From Polyangiaceae bacterium (lineage in GTDB: Bacteria; Myxococcota_A; Polyangia; Polyangiales; Polyangiaceae), in the NCBI GenBank assembly GCA_044222475.1, contig JBGANF010000188.1:1-12712 (forward strand): a DNA stretch of 12,712 bases, read 5' to 3'. A program made the translations under genes and the position numbers. Shown in pieces: positions 6,359-12,712 of this stretch. The notes beneath the pieces were generated by a model. The model saw only the letters and a list, made by a program, of their open reading frames with translations, was not told the origin of the DNA and ran no database searches. Position 1 is the stretch's first letter. Each line of letters begins with the position of its first letter.

Positions 6359-7881
6359 AGACACTCCCTTCGGAAGATCATGTGCCCGGCAGAGTCCACG
6401 ACGTACGGCTGTTCGCAGTCGGGCTTGGCCGCAGCCGCGGCCGACGCCGACGCCTTCGGGCGCGCCGTCCCGGTTCGCACCGGCGACGGTGCCGCCGCCA
6501 CCGACGCGGGCGGCGGATCGGTCGTCGTCGTTTGCGACGCCTGCGCCGCGACGGCGCTCGGCGGCGGAGCGACGGTCGCGCTCGCCGTGGGCCCCGGAAG
6601 CGCGGCCTTCGGATCCGCAGTCGCCGCGGTGAGCGCGGTGTCGGCTTTGTTCGCCTGCGTCGCGACGTCGGTCGATCGCTTGTAAAGGTAGAGCCCAATC
6701 GCGCCGATCACAGCCAAGAACGCCACTGCGGCGATCAAGCCGAGCCCCCAGCGCGACTTGCCTTCCCCCGATGCCTGCGTCGCCAACGTGGGGTTCGTGC
6801 CACCCTCACCCGGGAGCCGGCGCGAGGACACTCCCGACGTCTCACCGACGTCCGGCATGGACGTGCGCGCGAGCTCGGTCGCGAGCGACGCCTTCACGCC
6901 GGCGCGATCCATCTGCGCGCCGCTCTCGATCTCTCGGATGCGGTTCGTCACCTCGGAGATCGCCTGGCCCGCCACCATCTCGACCCACTCGCCGACGTCG
7001 TGCGCCGACGCCGGAGGCATCACCTCTTCGAGCGCCCGCGCCATGTCGCGAGCAGTCGCGTACCGCTGCGCGATCATCCGCGCGCTCGCCTTGCGCACGA
7101 TCGCGTCGAACGGCGCGAGCTCGGGGAGGACGGAGCTCGGAACCCGCAGCTCGCCGCGCGAGATGCGAAGCAGCTGCGCCGACTCGCGATCGCCGGGGAA
7201 CATGCGCTCGCCGGTGAGCGCCTCGAACAAGATGATGCCCATCGCGTAGACGTCGCTCCGTCGATCGACGACCTCACCCTCGAGCTGCTCGGGCGCCATG
7301 TAGAGGAGCTTCCCCTTGAGCTGCCCGTCCTTCGTGACGTGCACCGTGTCGGCCGCTTTCGCGACGCCGAAGTCGAGCACGCGCGCCACGCCATCGACCC
7401 CGACGAGCACGTTCTGCGGAGAGACGTCGCGATGGACGATCCCGAGGCTCAGCCCGTTCTCACCCTTTGCTTCGTGCGCCGCATGGAGCCCGGCGAGCGC
7501 GTTGCTGACGATCGACACCGCGATCCTCGGCGGCACCCGCCCGCCCATCTTCCGCGCCAACCGCACGAGCTTCGACAAGGATTCCCCGCGGATGTACTCC
7601 ATGACGAGGAACAGCTCGCCGTCGGTCGTGATGATGTCGAGCGTCGGCACGACGTTCGGGTGCTGGATGCGGGCGGCGAGTCGCGCCTCGTCGAGGAACA
7701 TCGAGACGAAATCGTGGTCCCGCGCGAACTGAGGGTGGAGGCGCTTCACCGCGACCGTGCGCGAGAAGCCCACCGGCCCGACCAATCGGCCGAGGTGCAC
7801 CGTCGCCATGCCACCGGTCGCGATCGCGTCGTAGATCGCATACCGCCCCACGTGACGGACGGAGGAGGGCGCCACCATCAT
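6355..7881 (-). CDS. Membrane-anchored Hanks-type Ser/Thr protein kinase
   Basis: IATGGMATV, VAVKRLH, LVMEY, HRDVSPQN, DFG, GKLLYMAPE, DVYAMG; one TM helix (WGLGLIAAVAFLAVIGAIGLYLY); A/T/P-rich extracytoplasmic tail ending CEQPYVVDSAGHMIFRRECL. Start GTG 7884, ATG 7881 or ATG 7878. Confidence 0.96.
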   Translation of the reverse strand: MMVAPSSVRHVGRYAIYDAIATGGMATVHLGRLVGPVGFSRTVAVKRLHPQFARDHDFVSMFLDEARLAARIQHPNVVPTLDIITTDGELFLVMEYIRGESLSKLVRLARKMGGRVPPRIAVSIVSNALAGLHAAHEAKGENGLSLGIVHRDVSPQNVLVGVDGVARVLDFGVAKAADTVHVTKDGQLKGKLLYMAPEQLEGEVVDRRSDVYAMGIILFEALTGERMFPGDRESAQLLRISRGELRVPSSVLPELAPFDAIVRKASARMIAQRYATARDMARALEEVMPPASAHDVGEWVEMVAGQAISEVTNRIREIESGAQMDRAGVKASLATELARTSMPDVGETSGVSSRRLPGEGGTNPTLATQASGEGKSRWGLGLIAAVAFLAVIGAIGLYLYKRSTDVATQANKADTALTAATADPKAALPGPTASATVAPPPSAVAAQASQTTTTDPPPASVAAAPSPVRTGTARPKASASAAAAAKPDCEQPYVVDSAGHMIFRRECL

Positions 7882-7888
7882 CACCCAT

Positions 7889-7921
7889 AGGATACGCGGC
7901 GGCGAAGGGTCGTGGTAGACT
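7889..7921. promoter_or_regulatory. Divergent overlapping -10 elements (kinase and RCC1 gene)
   Basis: TATCCT on the minus strand (7894-7889) 7 nt before ATG 7881; TAGACT on the plus strand (7916-7921) 8 nt before TTG 7930. No Shine-Dalgarno seen for either. Confidence 0.45.
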
Positions 7922-7929
7922 TTGGTGTC

Positions 7930-10236
7930 TTGTCTGCCTCGCCTTCCTTGGCTGCGACTCGGCTTGCTGTCTTCGCCCTCGGCGCGTTCGTCGCGTTGGG
8001 CACGGTGGCAGTAGCCTGCAATTTCGGCATCGATCTCGACGGGTTGACGGACGGCGGCAGCGTCGTCGACGGACCGTCGATCGATACGTCGCAAGATGCC
8101 CCGCCCGACGCGCCTCCGCCTCCGGCGGTTCCGGTCATCGCGATCTCGGCCGGTCAGACCCACACGTGCGGCGTGCGCGCGAACGGCACCGCGATCTGTT
8201 GGGGCAGCAACTTGGATGGACGCCTCGGCAACGGCAGCAGCAACAACATCGACTCGAGCACGCCGGTGACCGTGCTCGGCATCACCGACGCGACCGACAT
8301 CGTCGGCGGCGGCACGCACACCTGCGCGCTCCACAAGACCGGCGGCGTGGCGTGTTGGGGTCGCAACGATCAAGGCCAGCTCGGCGACGGAACGCAGACC
8401 CCGTCGAAGCTGCCGGTCGAGGTCCAAGGTCTCTCCGACGCGACCGCGCTCGCCGCCACGACGAGCAGCACCTGCGCGCTCAAGAAGGACGGCACGGTCG
8501 TCTGCTGGGGGCTGAACTCGAACGGTCAGATCGGAAATGGATCGATCGTTCGCCAGCTCACGCCGCAGCCGGTGTCGAACCTCACGAACGTGTCGGCGAT
8601 CGAGGCCGGCAACGCGTTCGTGTGCGCGGTCACGAAGACCGGTGAGGTGTGGTGCTGGGGCGCGAACACCAACTCGCAGCTCGGAGTCGTAGGCCCCGAC
8701 GCGACGACGCCGGTCAAGGTCGCTGGGCTCGGCGTCGCTCAAGCGGTGACCGCAGGCGGAACCCACGCGTGCGCGATCGTCAGCGGCGAGGCGTTCTGCT
8801 GGGGTCTCAACTCGTCGGGGCAGCTCGGCAACGCGTCGGTGCAAGACTCGCCGTCACCAGTGAAGGTGCTTCAAGTCGCCGGCGCATCGCAGATCGGCGG
8901 CGGATCGAGCCATACGTGCGCAGCCAACGGCTCCTCGGTGTGGTGTTGGGGCGCGAACGCGGCCGGCCAAGTCGGGAACGGCTCCAACACGCAGTCGACG
9001 GTCGCCGCTCTCGTGACGACTCCGCCGCTGAAGCAGATCACGGTGAACGGCGTCCACGCTTGCGCGTTGCTCGTCGATGGGAACGTCATGTGTTGGGGCA
9101 GCAACGCGAACGGGAAGCTCGGGATCGGCTCGCTCGTGATCGCGTCGACCCCGGTGCCGGCGCAGGTCAGCGCCGCGGCCGAGCTCGCGGTCGGCAGCGA
9201 CCACTCGTGCGTGCGCACCGCCGACGCCGGCTTGATGTGCTGGGGCACCAACGGCGCTGGGCAAGTCGGCATCTCCGCCGGCCTCCTCTCGGGCACCGGC
9301 AAGCCCATCGCGCCGACCGCCCAAGGTCTCACCGGCCTGAGCGCTGGCTCTGCGCACACGTGCGGGCTCGGCGACGGCGGTACGTTCTGTTGGGGAACCG
9401 CGACCAGCGGGCAGCTCGGCAACGGCGGCACGACCAACCAGTTCGGCCCGACGCGATTCGGCGACGCCGGAGTCGTCGGCACGAGCGTCATGGGTGGCAC
9501 CACCCACACCTGCGCCATCGTCGCCGGCGGAACGGTGCTGTGCGCCGGGCTCGGGACGTCGGGACAGCTCGGCAACGCGCTGAGCACGACGAGCACGGTG
9601 CCGGTCGCGGTCGTCAAGGCGGACGCTGGGCTCACCGGGGTGACCAAGCTCACCGGAGGCGCCAACCACACGTGCGCGGTGGCTGGGCAAGAGGTGCTGT
9701 GTTGGGGACTCAACACGTCCGGCCAGATCAACCCGACCAAGATCAACTCAGCCGTCGCCGTCCCGCTCGCCCTCGGTGACGCCGGCGTTCCTGCGTCGAT
9801 CGCTCACGGCGCAACCCACAGCTGCGCGGTGCGAACGGGTGGGACCGTGCAGTGCTGGGGCGGCGGCAGCAGCGGGCAGCTCGGCAACGGGCTCGGAGTC
9901 GACTCGGTGGCGCCGGTCGTCGCCACCGTGAGCGGCCCCGCGACCGAGGTCGCGGCCGGCGCGAACCACAGCTGCGCGCTGCTCCAGACCGGCGCAGTGG
10001 AGTGCTGGGGCTTCAATGTCCTCGGCGAGCTCGGGAACGGCACGACGGCGACGTCGCTCGTCCCGGTCCCGGTCAAAGGCGTCACCAACGCGACCGCGAT
10101 CCGCGCCGGCGGCGAGAACACGTGTGCGCTCCTGGCCGACTCCACCGTGGTCTGCTGGGGCTACAACGTCGACGGTCAGCTCGGCGACGGCACCCCGGCG
10201 TTCTCGAACGTGCCGGCCTACGTCGTCGGTCTCTGA
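7930..10236 (+). CDS. RCC1/BLIP-II repeat lipoprotein (14 repeats, probably two 7-bladed beta-propellers)
   Basis: Lipobox VAVA-C, DG/DAPP linker, then 14 counted repeats of GxxHTCA-x-G-x-V-x-CWGxNxxGQLG. Start uncertain (GTG 7912 or TTG 7930). Confidence 0.95.
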   Translation: MSASPSLAATRLAVFALGAFVALGTVAVACNFGIDLDGLTDGGSVVDGPSIDTSQDAPPDAPPPPAVPVIAISAGQTHTCGVRANGTAICWGSNLDGRLGNGSSNNIDSSTPVTVLGITDATDIVGGGTHTCALHKTGGVACWGRNDQGQLGDGTQTPSKLPVEVQGLSDATALAATTSSTCALKKDGTVVCWGLNSNGQIGNGSIVRQLTPQPVSNLTNVSAIEAGNAFVCAVTKTGEVWCWGANTNSQLGVVGPDATTPVKVAGLGVAQAVTAGGTHACAIVSGEAFCWGLNSSGQLGNASVQDSPSPVKVLQVAGASQIGGGSSHTCAANGSSVWCWGANAAGQVGNGSNTQSTVAALVTTPPLKQITVNGVHACALLVDGNVMCWGSNANGKLGIGSLVIASTPVPAQVSAAAELAVGSDHSCVRTADAGLMCWGTNGAGQVGISAGLLSGTGKPIAPTAQGLTGLSAGSAHTCGLGDGGTFCWGTATSGQLGNGGTTNQFGPTRFGDAGVVGTSVMGGTTHTCAIVAGGTVLCAGLGTSGQLGNALSTTSTVPVAVVKADAGLTGVTKLTGGANHTCAVAGQEVLCWGLNTSGQINPTKINSAVAVPLALGDAGVPASIAHGATHSCAVRTGGTVQCWGGGSSGQLGNGLGVDSVAPVVATVSGPATEVAAGANHSCALLQTGAVECWGFNVLGELGNGTTATSLVPVPVKGVTNATAIRAGGENTCALLADSTVVCWGYNVDGQLGDGTPAFSNVPAYVVGL

Positions 10237-11561
10237 CGGCGACGCCGCAAGCCGGCGAGGACCATCGTCCCAAAAAGGGACAAGCTGGCGAGCGTACCCG
10301 ATCCGTTGCCGGACACGACCGCGCAGCCGCAGCCGGCCTCCTGGTTGACGCCCACCGGACCGACACCGCCCGCGATGCCGCGGATGTGCACTTCCTTCAC
10401 CGGAACCACCGGGTCGTTCGAGGCGAGGAACACGGGGAAATCGAAGGGGCCGTCTTTGTCGGGCGTGACCACGACGCGGATCGGGCCGCCCTTCTTCGAC
10501 CCCAGCGCGAGGACCTTGGTGTCGACGAAGCCGATCGGCGCGGGGGTGGTGGCCTTCACCTCGAGCGACTCCTCGCCGAGGTCGAACACGTCGACGTCGA
10601 CGCCGGTCGCCACGTTCACCGGGATCTTGCCGGCGTCGCTGTCGCGCGCGTCGATCTGCGGGAGCGGCACGTGGACGTCGATCTTCGGAAAATCCCAGGG
10701 TTGCGGCGCCGAGGCGGGGAGCGCGACCGGGATGTTCGCGAGCGGCAGCGTGAAGTTCTGGTTAAGGAGCTTGAAGTAGAACGCCGGCACGAAGTGCATC
10801 GTGATCTGGCGGGTGAGCTCGCCGTGGACGAACACGCTCGTGTCGACGAACGGTGCCGGGGAGAGGAGGAGGCGCGTGGCGAGCGACGACTCGGTGACGT
10901 CCTTGGGGCCGCCGGGCTCGTCGAAGCCGATGCGGAGCGTGTCGTAGACGGCGCTGTAGGTCGCCGATGCGTCGAGCTCGAAGCCGCCGTCGATGCCGGG
11001 GATGTTGATGAACGAGTCGGTGATCGAGAACTTGGCGAGCTTGGTGAGCGGCGTGTCGGCGCTGACCTTGGCGGCGTTCGACTTCCACGCCCATGGGTCG
11101 AAGACGACGGAGTTCTTCGCCAGCAGATCGACCTGCGGGACGTACGGGATGTTGCCCGTCCACGTGTAGGTCTTGCTCGCGATGGTGACGGTGAAGCGAG
11201 CTTCGGCCGAGACCTCGAGGCCTTGGTCGATCGAGAGGAGGCCCTTCGCGGACGTACCTTTCGGGGACAGCGTGAGCGGCTCCGGCCAGGTGGTGTCGAG
11301 CGTGCCCTCCATGGAGACGGACGTTCGCGAGTGGAGCCGAGCGACGAGCCGGATCTGAAGGGGCGAATTCTGCGGCACCCAGCCGGTGTCCCAATCGAAG
11401 TCGTAGGGGGCCTTCTCGGCCTTCGACATGACGAGCGGCGCGCGCTCGCAGGTGAGCTCGGTGGAGCTGCACCGCGTGGCCGACACGCCGGCGTGGGCGG
11501 CGGAGGCGAAGACCATGACGAAGCCGAACGCCGCGCCGGCGTAGAGGAAGCGGGTGCGCAC
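10218..11561 (-). CDS. Secreted beta-rich surface protein with Ig-like (ASH / choice-of-anchor D-like) domain and MYXO-CTERM sorting signal
   Basis: GTG 11561 gives MRTRFLYAGAAFGFVMVFASAAHA signal peptide; late Ig-like domain with VVVTP..GPF....LASNDP; C-terminus GCGCAV, hydrophobic helix, RRRR. Confidence 0.88.
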   Translation of the reverse strand: MRTRFLYAGAAFGFVMVFASAAHAGVSATRCSSTELTCERAPLVMSKAEKAPYDFDWDTGWVPQNSPLQIRLVARLHSRTSVSMEGTLDTTWPEPLTLSPKGTSAKGLLSIDQGLEVSAEARFTVTIASKTYTWTGNIPYVPQVDLLAKNSVVFDPWAWKSNAAKVSADTPLTKLAKFSITDSFINIPGIDGGFELDASATYSAVYDTLRIGFDEPGGPKDVTESSLATRLLLSPAPFVDTSVFVHGELTRQITMHFVPAFYFKLLNQNFTLPLANIPVALPASAPQPWDFPKIDVHVPLPQIDARDSDAGKIPVNVATGVDVDVFDLGEESLEVKATTPAPIGFVDTKVLALGSKKGGPIRVVVTPDKDGPFDFPVFLASNDPVVPVKEVHIRGIAGGVGPVGVNQEAGCGCAVVSGNGSGTLASLSLFGTMVLAGLRRRRQRPTT

Positions 11562-11567
11562 GGATGG

Positions 11568-11596
11568 ATTGCACCGGGCTATCGGCCGCGCGTCAA
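11568..11596 (-). promoter_or_regulatory. Putative sigma70-type promoter for the MYXO-CTERM gene (leaderless)
   Basis: TTGACG (11596-11591) - N17 - TGCAAT (11573-11568) - N6 - GTG. Confidence 0.6.
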
Positions 11597-11599
11597 GTC

Positions 11600-11628
11600 T
11601 TGAACGCCGTGGCCGCTGGGCGGATCCT
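11600..11628 (+). promoter_or_regulatory. Putative sigma70-type promoter for the hydrolase gene (leaderless)
   Basis: TTGAAC (11600-11605) - N17 - GATCCT (11623-11628) - N6 - GTG 11635. Confidence 0.5.
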
Positions 11629-11634
11629 TCGGGG

Positions 11635-12486
11635 GTGCGGTACGTGATCGGAGCGGTTCTTTTCTGCACGCTCGCCTGCGGACACGGGACGCCTTCCGTG
11701 ACGCCGCCGCCTCCGGCAAGCGCGACGGCCCCCGCGCCCGCGAAGGTCGAGTTCGGAGCGTTCCGCGGCGCGAGCTTCGGGTCGTTCCTGGCGCCGAACG
11801 ATCCGTTCGTGGACGCGAGCGGCGGGTTCGATCTGTTGGTCGAGTTCAACGCCGGCGTGATGGCCGAGAAGGACGTGCGCGAGCTGGGCGCCAGGTTCGT
11901 GTGGGCCTGCATGGCGAACCTCGGCATGGGGACGACGGGGTACTGGGACGCGTTCGAGAACACGGCGCACTTCGGTGAGATCGTCGCCGAGGTCGAGCGC
12001 GACATCCGCAAGAGCAGCGGCCGGAGCGACGCGCACGTGAGACGCCTCGGTCTCGTGGGCTGGAGCGCGGGCTACGCGGCGGTGCAGCAGATCCTGCGGG
12101 TGCCGAAGTACTACGAGCAGATCGGCGCGGTGGTGCTCCTCGACGGCCTTCACACGGGCTGGGTCCATGGCGCGGATGGAAAGCCGACGAAGGAGCCCGA
12201 GCTCCGCACGCTCGGGCCGGTGCTTCGCTTCGCGGAGGACGCGACGAAGGGCACCAAGGTGTTCGTGTTCACGCACACGGCGATCATCCCGCCGGACTAC
12301 GCGAGCACGACCGACGTGGCGGAGGCGCTCATCCGGCGCTTCGGAGCGAAGCGCGAGGGCGACAGCGCGTCGCTCGGAGACTTCCATGTGTTGGCCCACG
12401 GAGGCGCGGCGCAGAAGGACCACGTGGACAACCTGCATCTCTTGGCGCCGGTGCTGACGCGGTGGGTGCTCGATCGCTGGCGGTGA
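11635..12486 (+). CDS. Alpha/beta-hydrolase-fold lipoprotein
   Basis: GTG 11635 gives MRYVIGAVLFCTLA-C lipobox; Pro/Ala linker; nucleophile elbow LVGWSAG (GxSxG); VVLLDGLH; C-terminal His candidate (KDHVDN). Confidence 0.85.
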   Translation: MRYVIGAVLFCTLACGHGTPSVTPPPPASATAPAPAKVEFGAFRGASFGSFLAPNDPFVDASGGFDLLVEFNAGVMAEKDVRELGARFVWACMANLGMGTTGYWDAFENTAHFGEIVAEVERDIRKSSGRSDAHVRRLGLVGWSAGYAAVQQILRVPKYYEQIGAVVLLDGLHTGWVHGADGKPTKEPELRTLGPVLRFAEDATKGTKVFVFTHTAIIPPDYASTTDVAEALIRRFGAKREGDSASLGDFHVLAHGGAAQKDHVDNLHLLAPVLTRWVLDRWR

Positions 12487-12506
12487 ACGGACATTCGATG
12501 ATGGGC

Positions 12507-12712
12507 GCCCCGGACTGAAGTCCGGGGCAGCAACGGACCAAAGTCCAAACCCGTCCAAAGCCCGCCCAGGAGGGCGGGCTCATGGTGCCACTCCAAGTCG
12601 ACGTCGCGATCTCCTCTCCAGACTCTGACACGCCCAACCGGGATCCATCGCATCGAGAGCCCGCCCTCCTGGGCGGGCTTTGGGTGAGTTTTTCAATGGG
12701 CCCGTTGCTGCC
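12507..12712. repeat. Nested REP/REPIN-like inverted repeat element (right end truncated by window)
   Basis: Palindrome A GCCCCGGACT-GA-AGTCCGGGGC (12507-12528); perfect 27-bp inverted repeats 12555-12581 and 12657-12683, each containing hairpin AGCCCGCCC-N4-GGGCGGGCT; 12702-12712 (CCGTTGCTGCC) is the reverse complement of 12526-12536. Confidence 0.85.

Noticed and set aside
4286..6685. 799-aa plus-strand ORF, and similar long ORFs 6382..7890, 8649..9779, 9852..11603, 11593..12558
   Set aside because: Arg-rich antisense or off-frame shadows of well-supported genes, expected in high-GC DNA.
7885..8844. ~320-aa N-terminal extension of the kinase ORF
   Set aside because: Antisense to the RCC1 gene; kinase motifs begin just after 7881.
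12555..12683. CRISPR mini-array
   Set aside because: The repeats are inverted rather than direct, the spacer is 75 bp, and no cas genes are present in the window.

Overview
High-GC window whose gene content points to Myxococcota, probably Polyangiales/Sorangiineae (inferred from a MYXO-CTERM protein, a Ser/Thr kinase + PEGA pair, an RCC1 lipoprotein and Cys-rich lipoproteins). It is an accessory cell-envelope region. From left to right: a partial CDS, two Cys-rich repeat exported proteins, a metzincin-like lipoprotein, two more Cys-rich lipoproteins flanking a disrupted gene, a solitary HUH/Y1 (RAYT-like) transposase next to a ~145-nt structured intergenic element, a coupled membrane Ser/Thr kinase -> helical/PEGA protein operon divergent from a 14-repeat RCC1 lipoprotein, a MYXO-CTERM surface protein divergent from an alpha/beta-hydrolase lipoprotein, and a nested REP/REPIN-like inverted-repeat element cut by the right edge. 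Most start codons lie 5-8 nt downstream of a -10-like hexamer (leaderless pattern), and one gene has a sigma54 -24/-12 motif. The strongest leads are the structured element beside the Y1 transposase, the nested REP element, and a possible kinase-based trans-envelope signalling module. All calls come from reading motifs by eye; no searches or folding programs were run.
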